From: Styela clava
Taxonomy: Eukaryota
Assembly: GCF_964204865.1 (NCBI RefSeq)
Contig: NC_135263.1
Span: 2,418,001 to 2,482,000, forward strand
DNA: 64,000 nucleotides
Direction of reading: 5' to 3'
Below, in pieces: positions 13,669 to 27,048 of the stretch. Below the pieces are notes generated by a model. That model saw only the letters and a program-made list of their open reading frames with translations, was not told the origin of the DNA and ran no database searches. The translations under genes and the position numbers were made by a program. Numbering within the stretch: the first letter of the stretch is position 1; the number at the start of each line of letters is the position of its first letter.

Positions 13669-15350
13669 ATTAGAGCATTGCTATTCGGTATTTTGTTACT
13701 AGGTTAGGCTACGCGATGCAGCATTTCCGTTTGTGTGTATTGTTTATATTTAGGACTTTCTAAGGTCTTTTATTTCGCTATATTTGTCATAAATTACTAA
13801 TTAAACTATGGGGACTGCTTGTTTCTGATTTAATGATCAGTAGCCCTGTATAGAGCACTCCTGTTAGACATTTTGTTGACTAGGCTACCGGTACAAAAAT
13901 GCGGGTGGCATGAATGTCGTTTGTACTGTATTGTTGAGATGTATTATTAAGAGCAGTTAGTTAAGGATGGTGTACCTGACTTTATTGCCCAGATTCCTGG
14001 CTGTTTTGTTTTATGTAATATTTCTTATTATATATATACATATATGTATTTGGCGCTCGATCAAGCATTTCGGAATAAGCACAGCCACTGATATCTGGCG
14101 ATATGTGAAGAGCTACTATTATTTGGAAAAACAGATACTTTGCGGTTCGGTATCGCCAAGATGTGTAACCTGCGTCTTAACCTAAGTCTTACGCTATTAC
14201 TACTAGGCCATTGCGATATCTGTTACATGATTATTTTTTATGATATTCTTTTTGTTATGGTTTATTCGTTGGAGTATTTAGCTGTATAATGTTGTACCTC
14301 AGCGATCGGAATTGAAATGGAATTAATTGTATTATTGTGGAGAAGAAGCTTGACATCACACTATATAAGGAAATGTTTGGACACATGATAAAGAGAATAG
14401 AGGTACGTTATATTTTGTTACATTATTGACATATTCCTCCATCGTTAGTCTTACGAACATTCAACTTTGGGATTGGCAATGGCGAGGTATATTAAACTAA
14501 TTATATTTAACTAGTAGCTACACTATTTCGGAATTATGGGAACTCGTGTAGTTTCTTACCTCAATCACTTCTAGTGGGCGTGACGTAACAATTTTTAAAC
14601 ATATCACTAATGATCCACAACTGACTACGTCATTCAAAATTACGTCACTACGACGTCACAATCGCGAAATGGAGCTTGCGAAAGTATAGAAACGGTCAGC
14701 CGAAATGATGCCTGTGAGAACGAACTCTGAATCCCAAGAACGACGCTACTCTCTCACCTTGACCTCCCACGGCGTCGCATCGATTCGACGCGTTCAAAAT
14801 TTGTAATATTCATATTTTTAAATCAATGTAACTTCTAAACCAGGGTCACCAAACTATGGCCCGCGTGCCGGATCCGGTCCGCGTCGTCATTTTACCCGGT
14901 CCGCAATAACACGTAATGATGGCCAAATATTTTACTAAAGATTAGTGCGTAAAGCTTTGCGTGAGGTAGATTGCGCAATTGTGCATCTGGTCGTTCACAG
15001 CTTGATTTCAAATTGTGCCATCATTGCATCAGTATCATATCCTGGGCCGCAGATAAAACCTCTATATTTAGACGAATCTCAATCGAACATAGATAAAATG
15101 GCTAGGAATAGGAAGACCATCGTATATACGTTTATTATCTGAATATGGAATGCAAATGAATGGCCAAAGTGAAATATTTGATCCTCATGCGTTTATGAGG
15201 TTCCGCCGGAAATCAAGGCTAATTCTTCACCGTTGGATATCATGAAGATTTAAAAAAAAATCGATAACAGGAACGTGGAAGACATGGTGGCACCGGTATC
15301 TAATTTACAATATTTATATTCTACATTATTTACATATTGCTATATTTACA

Positions 15351-15614
15351 ATGGATTCTAAACGAAAGTATTTTTCCGACGAAATATTGGATAGTATTCA
15401 TCTATCGAAAGAAGAAAATCTGAACGATTCCAACAATCCTGACAGTGACGAATTCGAATCGGAATTTGATGACCATCTGATGGAAGATGATGTTTTTACG
15501 TTAACGTCTGTGACCGTGCGGTCTTATGAACCGGCCAATAATATGCCAGCAAGGGCCTATGCATATATGTCATCAGGAAGCGTTGAACCGGCATGGGACT
15601 TTTGCCATTACTGA
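15351..15614 (+). pseudogene. Relic resembling the acidic N-terminus of a piggyBac-type transposase
   Basis: MDSKRKYFSDEILDSIHLS...DSDEFESEFDDHL; no catalytic core follows; recognised by pattern only. Confidence 0.4.
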
Positions 15615-16701
15615 TTTTAATATTTTATGCAATTAAACGGCAATAACCCTGCATATTCTGTGTTTTCGTCGAACAAATTTTGACGCTGGATGTAATGCGT
15701 AAATTCCCCGTGTTTCGTTTACAAGTCGTTGGTCGCTTCACGAGTACGAACTCACCTAAATGACTTTACGAGCTTGCGGGGAAAAGTGTTTTTCGTATGG
15801 AACGTAAACGTGCCAAGTGACGACGTAATTGCGTAACGTCGCTGCGTAACGGCGTAAATGTGTTAGGTCGTTTATGTTGCGACAAAGAAAATCACGAATA
15901 AAAATGCTTCTAAAATTTAAATGGTGCAACATAATTTCAATCTAATGGTATCATTGAAAAGCTATCTTCAACTTCTACAAATGTTGTCGATGTTCTACTG
16001 GGTTAAATCGAGAACAAATTAAAGATTTTTCAATTTGATTTTGGAGTTTTTCAGAAATTTTTTATGCTCTTCAATTTTCATAAGATGATCACAATATTTT
16101 ATTTTAAAATTATATGTAGTCTTGTAGATTATCTTTCACACGATATAAAACTTGTCTTTATAATATATGGTTCGCGAGATATGAGGGTTTCAAAGTTGCA
16201 TACCTCGTACGGGACTTCAAAGTTGCATACCTCGTACGGGACGCTAAAGCCGCTATAGCTGCTTTCAGCGTCAGAAGACGTTCTCGGGAAGCGGGTTTCA
16301 GGGTTCAAAGTGCAGAAACCCGACAGAAACCTCTCTCGTAGCGAGATCTTTTCGCAGAGTTGAAAATAAATACGAATTATGTTACATTTACGTAATTTTA
16401 CAATTTGGGAATCGATTAGGAATTTTGAAATGGAATTAAAGCTCTAGAAACATTGTCTCTGGTGGTTAACTCAACATTTTCGCAGTGAAAGTAAATAGTC
16501 ATGTAGTCCAGCGTTTCCCAAACTGTGTTCCGCGGAACACTAGTGTTCCGTGAGCGTCTTCCGAGTGTTCCGTGGAAAATGGATCAAAATTACCACTAAA
16601 CTGGTCTCCATCGCAATCGCGAAGTTGGCGACCGTTCAATATCGCGTCACCGTCGGTGGTATTATCGTTAACTGTCCGCCTAGCTTGTTTACTGTCTAGT
16701 T

Positions 16702-18596
16702 CAGGGGTCATCAAACTTTTTTGACCGCGGGCCGGGTATGACTCAAACTGTGTTGAAACGGGCCGGATGAATATTTTTGTCAATGCAATACAATAAATTC
16801 ACAAAAGTTGGGAAATTCATCAAATTTATTTAACAATATATATTCTACATTTCTGAAGACTTGAATATTTAATTCTATCTATATCGCAGAATATAGATCA
16901 AAAACATTCTAGGAAAACAACTATACAAGATTTCTATATCTAGACAACTATCCTGAGTTTAGCTGTTATCAAAACGTTGCTGTCATGAATTAGGAATGTT
17001 ACAAAATCGACTATTTCGCGCCAAAATAATGTACGCTTCACCTCTGCTAAGTACTGTTATGCCGTGTTGGAATACCGCTACTGCTAAAAACGACTACGGA
17101 CTGCCTGCTGTAGCTTGGAATTCCATGAAATTTTGACATAATTTAGATAAAATAAACAACATATCTGGTATTTGATTTTTTTCATTAGCGCATACATTTC
17201 TCAGCTTTCGACGCTTTTAAAAATTCCGCCTCCCCCCTTTTATACGTAGTGCAAATTAAACTATCATGCACAACTCCAGCGTTCATTTGCGACGATCTTT
17301 CGGCGGTGTCAATGATCGTTGCCAGAATAAAATCCCGAAATAGTCTCAATATTAGTGATTGATATGTGTTATTTTTTCAGTTCTTATCAAAAAAGTAACA
17401 CAATCCTTATGAAAATTATTGCCCTGTCGGGCGGTACTAAAATTCCGATATCTTGGTTATTTCTTGACCGTTTTTACTTATCGATCTTAAGATCGGTAAG
17501 TATATTGATAGGTATTTGTATGTATGTCTGTCTGTGTGTGTGTGTGTCTGTTAGATGCACACGATATCTCACGAAAGCGGGATTGAATCTGCTCCAGATT
17601 TTGCATGTGCATTCATCTTATCTCGGACCAGAATTCTATTGATTTTGGGCGAATTATGTCGTATAATTAGCGAGTTATCAATCAATTATTGATATAGTGA
17701 TCTAGATTTTTGTAAAGCGAGAGAATTTTGGAACCCGCCGAGTGTGTGTGTGCGATGCGCAGTGCGCAAGTTACAAGAGCGGATGAATCGAAACTGCAGT
17801 TTCTGTTTTGGGGGATCCCCTAACTATCGATCGATAAGTCTTCGGTTTCCAACCGATATTCTCGTTTATAAACTTAGTACTGTTTTCTATTTTCACTCAG
17901 ATCTATCCACTGGCGCAGTTTTTATTTAAATCGGATGAACTTAAATTTTTTTTGTAACATACTACATGAATATCCGCATTTGAGCAGTACAAAAGTTAGT
18001 GTGACTTGTGAAATTGGAGCAGTACGCCAGGGATTATAGTACTGTTAGCGCAAAATGCACATTCAACATTTATTTTAGCACAAGAAACGAAAACAGTTTC
18101 GTCGAAAGCACGCGCCACGAGTGTACAAGTGCATCTTTCGCAGAAAACGTTGCGTACCGGTGGAGAATTTTAGCCTATTTTTTCACAGCTATTTCTAGAC
18201 TAATTTTTTATTACTACTAATTACTATTAAAACTACAACTCCTAAGGATGCAAATGATAGTTGACTTATTTGATTCCTTCCCAAATTTCCGAAACTCAAT
18301 CAAAAACTAACAAATAGCATTCAAAGTCGCAAAAACGAAGTATTGTTTACAACCACGACTGGAAATCTGTCAGGATGACCGAAGTTATCTGAGCTGAGTT
18401 GCGAAGAGGCTTTTTATTACGTCACGTTTTTTTGCATCTTGCTGATTGGTCAATGTTACGAAATAAACAAGGAAGACGATGCTCGGAGAAATCTTCCTTG
18501 GAAAAAAATTTAGCCATTTTTGCGAGTTATTGCGGGCTGGATAAAATGACGCCGCGGGCCGGATCCGGCCCGCGGGCCGTAGTTTGGTGACCCCTG
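16702..18596. mobile_element. hAT non-autonomous element Y nested in X
   Basis: TIR CAGGGGTCA.CAAACT...AGTTTGGTGACCCCTG; perfect TSD gtctagtt; a truncated end of the same family lies near 14841. Confidence 0.9.
17472..17867 (+). mobile_element. Helentron-associated (DINE-1/HINE-like) element nested in Y
   Basis: Subterminal inverted repeat acttatcgat (17476) / atcgataagt (17830); tgtc/tg microsatellite; 3-prime stem-loop tcggtt-tcc-aaccga; T-rich insertion site. Confidence 0.72.
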
Positions 18597-18653
18597 GTCT
18601 AGTTCATTATCAAGTTGACACTAATCATTTTGGTTTTGCTATTTGCTATAGGC

Positions 18654-19143
18654 CAGTGGTTCTCAAACTTTTTGAAAAGTTATGCATAACGGCCCCCGTA
18701 CAATTTTTCTGATGACTTGCGGTCCACTAAAGAAATGGAAGCAAACAGCAACGCGGTATATCAAGCATTCATATATTGAATGACATTAACACAGTTCAAT
18801 GAGATGAGTGCTCTTGCTTGGCTCCAGTTCTTCTATCTTGGGTTCTGTTTTGGATAATGCAACTTTCATATCGTAATTCACGTCCATTTTGTTTCAACAT
18901 TTTGTTTCAATAGCGAGTAATGAAGAAAAAGCTGCCTCACATTCGTAAGTTGTTGCAAATGGAATGATCATTTTAGTGCCATCTCGACACCAGCGACATC
19001 AGGATAAGACTGTGGTTTTTGTTTTCAAAATTTTACAGTAAAATCAAAGTGCTTCCTCGCCGAGGTTAAAGTTGTTTCGCGGTCCCCCTAAAATCGCTTC
19101 ACGGACCCCTAAGCGACCTCGGACCACAGTTTGTGAACCAATG
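18654..19143 (-). mobile_element. hAT/Buster element Z nested in X, with a transposase C-terminal relic
   Basis: TSD ctataggc; minus strand reads IIPFATTYECEAAFSSLL...DMKVALSKTEPKI (hATC dimerisation motif) with an internal stop. Confidence 0.88.
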
Positions 19144-21458
19144 CTATAGGCAAACGTGTAAAGATAAAAAGTCAGCTCTTCACTCCCCATCTCTGCCTGA
19201 TTTTACTTTAAAAATGCTGAAAAAATTACTCATGTTCGCTAAACTTGATTCAGCAGATAAATAAACTGCAGGCCTGCAGCTCGCGAAATTGCAACAAGAA
19301 CTTCTATCTTTCTTGTTACGTAACATAAAAGGCATTATGTAATAGAAAGTTAACGACATAGAAAGGAAAAATGGATACCGGTATATTGATTCATATACAG
19401 AGCATTTACAATATGTAAAACATTCATTCATATTTTAGTTATGTTTAACACAATTTTGTTAGTTTTTGCGGTGCGTTTGACGACTTTAGTGCGTCGCGGC
19501 ACACCCTTTGGGAACCGCTGAATTACACCATTTTTACCCTTCCATTTTTTGGTGTTCCGCGAGGCGAGATAAAAAGCGTAAGTGTTCCGTGGTCAAAAAA
19601 GTTTGGGAAACGCTGATGTAGTCCATTAGAATGAGCATAATTGGCGGTGCAGTGATATGTAATTACGCGATACTTACAATATAGGGACGTAATATTGGGT
19701 TACTGGCGGTGTTCAGAGTCGTTATTCGTTTCACTTTGTATCGGGTGTTTTTTTGAATATACAGGTCGCCTCAAAGTGGTTTGACGTAAACATTTTTATA
19801 ACTGTTGTTTGATTTTTTATGCTTTTATCGAAGTATACTGCTAGGCACTATTCGGGGTGTCGCTGTTTGATGACCACTATTAGCTTTCGGCGAAAAATGA
19901 ACTACTGGAGTTTTTACATTAAAACATTCATCTACCGTGTTTTTCCTAAAACATACAGCGTCTTATTTCAAATTTTTTTTCGAAAAATATCACTAGGCAT
20001 TTGGGGCGATGTACTTATTTTTCTATACCTATTATATATAAAAACAAAATTGCAAAGTAGAGAATTACAAGATTTCAAAATATACAAAATATGAAAACTG
20101 ATAGCTGTTTACTTATAAATAATGTTCTGTTTAAAATAACTGCTAAACATAGATTATTGATCTTTTAAAACGAATGGGAAAGATTTCTAGCCGTAGACTA
20201 GGTATAAAAAAATTGCGCTAACGACTGGGATTTATATTAAGGCGAGGGCTTATATGAAAATCATTTAAAAAATTCCATCGACTGAAGGGCCAGGGGCTAT
20301 TGCGACTTTAAATCATTAATTTATTCAATTCAAGAGTCTTGCTACACACTTACACAAATACATTTCTGTAACGATTTGTCTGATCGAGACTCTTGAATTG
20401 AATGGAATAGTCATTTTCACTCTTGCTATAGCATCCTTGCGTTATACGCATACGGATCCATCTGCGCAAAGGCATAGCCATAGAGCAAGGAAAGGTAGTT
20501 AGTTTCACGTAACCCCAGCTGTTAGGTAAATTATCAAGTTATAAAATTGCGCGTTAGTTGGTGTCAATGCGACCAGGAAAACAGCATTATAACTGAAGTT
20601 CTTGAACAAAATGTGTGAAAAAATAATGATTATTTGGCTGATGGGTATGCTCACAGTGAACGAGTGAGACCTCCCAGCCGATCGAATTTGATTACCGTAT
20701 TTCTCCGTGTGCGTAGATAACTCCATGCATAATACGCATATAAAAATTCCATCCTCTCTTGCTGCCTTGTAGGTGTTTTTTTCCGGGCATTTCAGGCATT
20801 CTGTCTGCTTGCCTTTTGTTAACTATATATATATCTGGTAATATGTTTTCTGTATTTTCCTGTGAAACATCTGCCAATCATGATGTGATGTTATTTGACA
20901 TTAAAGTATTTTGTGAAGTAATTTGTCACTCCCCCTTTAAAAGCTGACAAGGTCCGATACCAGAACGTGTTTTCAGACACCGCACTTCAAAGAGAAGCCA
21001 TAGGTCACTCATATGGTAATTTATTATGGTAAAGTTTTGCCGATTCAGTGACCACCATTTCCGCTGTTAAAATTAGGATATCAAAAATTATTTTTTTATC
21101 TTTTGAAAATCATTTCATTGATTTGAAAAGGGGCTGATGCCGAAAAAGATATTATAGAAAAATCATAATACTTGCGAACACATTCCAAAGTATTTTTATG
21201 AAACGATAAAAAGTCAAGTCTATTGAGAAAAAAGCAATTCTAGCGCGGTTTTTAAAAAAAAAAATTGATATAATTATTGAGAATAAGAAACAGGCTGACA
21301 CTAATCACATAATCGATTTGAAGAAATACATACATTTCCTCTAATATTTATACAGTTTGAACACACCATGGTCCAAAAAAAATAAAATATACACAAAATT
21401 AGGTAACGGTTGTTATTTCCGTTATAATTTCAGTATTTCAAATAGTTTTTGAGTCCCT

Positions 21459-21808
21459 TCACTCTGAAAAGCTCAGATATGCAGCTTGACCACCATCGTC
21501 TCCCGAATCATGTCCCGAGTCACCATCGCTAATATTTGGCGAAGGTGCAAAAGAATCTCTTCCAGACCAAGCGTTTACGGAGAATTTTTCCGTTGCCCAG
21601 CTGCCCGAGATAGACTGCAGTTCTGCGCTTGATGCATTCCCACTGTTTCCTGTTTCGACCGACAACACACTTTGTGTAAGCGACATTAAGTCTGTTCTGA
21701 GTGAAGCTGTCGAGAAATTAGAGATTCTTCTTCTGGTTGCGCATAGTTGAAGCGAATCCAATACTCCAGTATTGAATCTACCCGTTTCAACCCAATGACG
21801 AACTGGGT
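21459..21808 (-). CDS. Gene 2 terminal exon, Ser/Gly/Asp-rich disordered tail
   Basis: ttttttcag| phase 1, (D)PVRHWVETGRF...SDGDSGHDSGDDGGQAAYLSFSE then TGA; phase matches upstream donors; higher GC than flanks. Confidence 0.78.
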
Positions 21809-24339
21809 CTGAAAAAATAAAAGAAAGATAAAGCAAAGACAAAGTGGACCCCTATACCTATAAAAAAATATTTGAGCGCTTTGTGATTTCTTTTTTATAT
21901 CAGTAAAAAGTATAAAAATAATCGGTAAAAAGTATGAAAATAATAGTTCCTAGAAGATAAAGAATGATAATTTGAACAAAGCGATCCATAAATCCATTTT
22001 TTAACTATGTTGTTTTATCTAAAAAAATTTTTAAACTACGCAAATCAAGCTAAAGTTGAAAGTTGTATTGAATTTGACTGATCGTAAGTCCGTAATCGTA
22101 ATGCCAAGTCGCTGATTTTGTAAAACAAATCGCGCACGATTCAGAGATGATGAAATTACTTTTTAATTGATGGTGTTAACTCAGTTTTTAAGACATTAAC
22201 AGAGAGTAATTTTCTGATACTGTTCGTTCTGCTTGCAATGAAGCCAGATGGAGCATTTATCAAAAAATACCTCTGGATCTTAAAATTAAACTGAACGTCG
22301 AATGTGCATTTTGCGCTTATAGTACAAGCCACGTTAACTTTTATATTTCTTACATGCGGATATTCATGACATCAATTGTTTTTTAACAGCTAACCTCAGG
22401 ATAGTTGTCTACAAATCTTGTATATTTGTTTCGCTATGCTGTTCTTGATCTATATTCTACGATATAGAATTTAATATTCAAAACCTCAGAAATGTAGAAT
22501 ATATATTGCTGAACAAATTTCCAAAATTTTGGGAATTTATTGTATTGCATTGGCAAAAAAAATTCGGATGGTCTATCAGTTCATCACGACAAATACGGCT
22601 GGGTATTTTCGAATACCTGATAATTTCAGAATGAAATCGAATATTTTTTTTAATCGAATCTCGAATACTTGGGAGTCAATGAGAGCAATGTACATGTATG
22701 CGACTGTTTTATTGTAATTGGTCCTATCGACACATGAATTACAGAAGACATAGAATACATCACCCTGACAGATTGTTTACCGGTCACACACAATGGCATA
22801 CACTTTTTTGTCAATAGAAATGTCAGAATTGCGTTGAAAAATATGACTTCAGAAAAAAAAAATTGGGGAATTCACCTCGACCATTGGCGAAAAGAAAGAA
22901 AGATGGCGGCGATTCGAAATTTTGCTCTGATTCGATTCGAATAATTTACTATTCGAAATTCCTAGCCATAACGACAACCATTGAATATGGACGAAGGTAT
23001 TACTGAATCAGTACATGTCGTACACGCCTCAATTTAGAAAGGTCAGGAAAAAAGTTTGCTTACTCCTTTAGGTAAATAAATATCATCCCTTCTTTAAGGT
23101 ACGGCGGCTCCGGCTGATCGCCGTGACATAGTATTGGCCAGCTTTTATTGATATTTTACTTTTATGAAGTAAATTACTCTGGGTACCACCCTTTTACTGA
23201 CCTGCCTTCAACTTTCTGATTTTTTTCTTTCTATTAGGTTTGTTCTAGGTTAGATTAGATTGTTGACCGAAAAAAAGAAATGAAAATTTATGGCTGTACA
23301 CGGACAAGATATATGACTCTTGACGATGTTTCTTGCAAGAACCGGTACTTTTATTCGGCGTTGCTTACCAATTAAGCAGAGATCGTGTTATTAAAAACAG
23401 TTACAAGCTTTTAAAAGGCCGGAAACACATAATGTTCCGGCGCATTTTATGGCTACTTCCCTAAAACGTGTTCAATATGGCACAAACCTTGTCTAGGATT
23501 GGCTATACGCTCGTTCCTTTGAGGTTCAGCCGAAAACAATAGAGAACGACTGTTTCGAGGTTGATTTCTTCCTGTAAAAAAAGATGGGGAATTGCAATGC
23601 GTATCGATAAAAATAGAAATTTGTTGCTTGTTAGCAACGGCTATTACTTTTTTTCAAGTCGAAATGAATTCATATCACCCACTTCCAGAAGTGCATGGTA
23701 TCTCGCCGCCGAAGTGACTCCGTGCCAGTGGGCCAATCGGTTTCGCATTTTCCATTACTTTATATAGAAAAGTGTCTAGAAGGCTATTACTTTTTTCAAG
23801 ATTCAAGTTTGACCCGTTGAATGAATTCATACCACCCACTCGATAGAGTGCATGGTACCTGGCCCCAAGGTAGCTCCGTGCGTCCAAAAGCTTTGGCAGG
23901 ACGTCGATTAATCATTTACTTAAGCCACCAATCACCATCTGGATGAATGAAAAAATGCCACTCTATTCAAATGTAATCTAATGCTGAGAAATTGCGTTTG
24001 CCACAACTTTACTTTTTTACTAACCTCTATCTGGGTTCACAAAATGAGAGGACATAGGTGCAGAACGACTGGCGGGCCGAACCGGCGGGTCTGTGTGAGC
24101 TAAAAAGATTAAAAGGATGTAAGTCAATTTTTTATAACACTGTACAAAAAAATTGGTACTAATTTTTGTCTAGATTTCTTGTTAGCTTTCGATATGCACT
24201 TTGGAAAAGTTACGTTATTATTTTCCTAAATTTTGGTTTAGTAAAAAATGGGTGAGATATAAGATTTCTTACCTAGAATATAAAGGTTACACCCCAACAA
24301 AAAATACAAGTAATATCAAAAACTATGTTATATTTTTAC

Positions 24340-24447
24340 CTTGGTGATCGGGTTGTTCATCTGTATACAGGAACTGATACCTGGAGCGGAAATCAGAACT
24401 GGCCCTTGGTCTCTCCATAGTGTGCAGTAATTCTCGTTCCCGTTGGG
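24340..24447 (-). CDS. Gene 2 tail exon G, copy 2 (recent duplicate)
   Basis: Same splice sites as 26941-27048; reads ...SSDFRSRYQ... (G to R change). Confidence 0.58.
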
Positions 24448-26940
24448 CTGTATGAGCAAACGTAAAAGTCAATCGTAAAATTGTTGATCCAGATATCGAA
24501 GCAGTAAATACCATAGTTTCCAGCGATAAAAAGCTTTTTGGAGCAAATCTGTGATTTCTGAGGACTTTTTGCGTATCCACCACAGGTAGTTCGAGTAGTA
24601 AAGTAAGCACTGATGCGTAAGTATTTACTATGTTCCGGGATATTAGCTATCTTTTTTTATGTACAATATATATATGTCGAGATTAGACATTTCATATTCT
24701 GATAAGAATGCAATAAATATTCAAGTACTATTCACTACTAGTCAAGTAGAAAACTATTTACGGAATATTGCAATTCCAATTACTACGGCTGACGTTGATC
24801 GAAAATTTCCAACAAATATTTTTGAAAATCTGTTTTTATTGCTCTCTAGCACCAGCACGTAGAAAGCGACCTGATTGGTGATTAACACCTTTATACACAC
24901 ACAATGGCATACACTTTTTTGTCAATAGAAATGTCAGAATTGCGTTGAAAAATATGACTTCAGAAAAAAAAAATTGGGGAATTCACCTCGACCATTGGCG
25001 AAAAGAAAGAAAGATGGCGGCGATTCGAAATTTTGCTCTGATCCGATTCGAATAATTTACTATTCGAAATTCCTAGCCATAACGACAACCATTGAATATG
25101 GACGAAGGTATTACTGAATCAGTACATGTTGTACACGCCTCAATTTAGAAAGGTCAGGAAAAAAGTTTGCTTACTCCTTTAGGTAAATAAATATCATCCC
25201 TTACTTTAAGGTACGGCGGCTCCGGCTGATCTTCGTGACATAGTATTGGCCAGCTTTTATTCATATTTTACTTTTATGAAGTAAATTACTCTGGGTACCA
25301 CCCTTTTACTGACCTGCCTTCAACTTTCTGATTTTTTTCTTCCCATTAGGTTTGTTCTAGGTTAGATTAGATTGTTGACCGAAAAAAAGAAATGAAAATT
25401 TATGGCTGTACACGGACAAGATATATGACTCTTGACGATGTTTCTTGCAAGAACCGGTACTTTTATTCGGCGTTGCTTGCCAATTAAGCAGAGATCGTGT
25501 TATTAAAAACAGTTACAAGCTTTTAAAAGGCCGGAAACACATAATGTTCCGGCACATTTTATGGCTACTTCCCTAAAACGTGTTCAAAATGGCACAAACC
25601 TTGTCTAGGATTGGCTATACGCTCGTTCCTTTGAGGTTCAGCCGAAAACAATAGAGAACGACTGTTTCGAGGTTGATTTCTTCCTGTAAAAAAAGATGGG
25701 GAATTGCAATGCGTATCGATAAAAATAGAAATTTGTTGCTTGTTAGCAACGGCTATTATTTTTTTCAAGTCGAAATGAATTCTCTGGGTACCACCCTTTT
25801 ACTGACCTGCCTTCAACTTTCTGATTTTTTTCTTTCTATTAGGTTTGTTCTAGGTTAGATTAGATTGTTGACCGAGAAAAAGAAATGAAAATTTATGGCT
25901 GTACACGGACAAGATATATGACTCTTGACGATGTTTCAAGAACCGGTACTTTTATTCGGCGTTGCTTACCAATTAAGCAGAGATCGTGTTATTAAAAACA
26001 GTTACAAGCTTTTAAAAGGCCGGAAACACATAATGTTCCGGCACATTTTATGGCTACTTCCCTAAAACGTGTTCAAAATGGCACAAACCTTGTCTAGGAT
26101 TGGCTATACGCTCGTTCCTTTGAGGTTCAGCCGAAAACAATAGAGAACGACTGTTTCGAGGTTGATTTCTTCCTGTAAAAAAAGATGGGGAATTGCAATG
26201 CGTATCGATAAAAATAGAAACTTGTTGCTTGTTAGCAACGGCTATTACTTTTTTTCAAGTCGAAATGAATTCATATCACCCACTTCCAGAAGTGCATGGT
26301 ATCTCGCCGCCGAAGTGACTCCGTGCCAGTGGGCCAATCGGTTTCGCATTTTCCATTACTTTATATAGAAAAGTGTCTAGAAGGCTATTACTTTTTTCAA
26401 GATTCAAGTTTGACCCGTTGAATGAATTCATACCACCCACTCGATAGAGTGCATGGTACCTGGCCCCAAGGTAGCTCCGTGCGTCCAAAAGGTTTGGCAG
26501 GACGTCGATTAATCATTTACTTAAGCCACCAATCACCATCTGGATGAATGAAAAAATGCCACTCTATTCAAATGTAATCTAATGCTGAGAAATTGCGTTT
26601 GCCACAACTTTACTTTTTTACTAACCTCTATCTGGGTTCACAAAATGAGAGGACATAGGTGCAGAACGACTGGCGGGCCGAACCGGCGGGTCTGTGTGAG
26701 CTAAAAAGATTAAAAGGATGTAAGTCAATTTTTTATAACACTGTACAAAAAAATTGGTACTAATTTTTGTCTAGATTTCTTATTAGCTTTCGATATGCAC
26801 TTTGGAAAAGTTACGTTATTGTTTTCTTAAATTTTGGTTTAGTAAAAATTGGGTAAGATATAAGATTTCTTACCTAGAATATAAAGGTTACACCCCAACA
26901 AAAAATACAAGTAATATCAAAAACTATGTTATATTTTTAC

Positions 26941-27048
26941 CTTGGTGATCGGGTTGTTCATCTGTATACAGGAACTGATACCTGGAGCCGAAATCAGAAC
27001 TGGCCCTTGGTCTCTCCATAGTGTGCAGTAATTCTCTTTCCCGTTGGG
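26941..27048 (-). CDS. Gene 2 tail exon G, copy 1
   Basis: ctcatacag| (A)QRERELLHTMERPRASSDFGSRYQFLYTDEQPDHQ+G |GTAAAA; 108 nt, phase 1-1. Confidence 0.62.

Larger units (their letters stand above)
16509..19615. mobile_element. hAT non-autonomous element X (outer shell of the nest)
   Basis: TIR CAGCGTTTCCCAAACT...AGTTTGGGAAACGCTG; perfect TSD atgtagtc. Confidence 0.9.

Noticed and set aside
13960-14490. Plus-strand spliced gene
   Set aside because: A few donor-like sites are present, but I could not build a consistent reading frame
21462-21482. FFAT-like motif at the end of gene 2 (AYLSFSE)
   Set aside because: Bulky Phe at core position 5 and a weak adjacent acidic tract make a poor match
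24323-24610. Full 95-aa ORF (and its twin at 26924-27211) as a gene
   Set aside because: GTG start with no family similarity; the 108-nt internal exon has the better acceptor, although a longer phase-1 exon from the acceptor at about 24610 cannot be fully excluded
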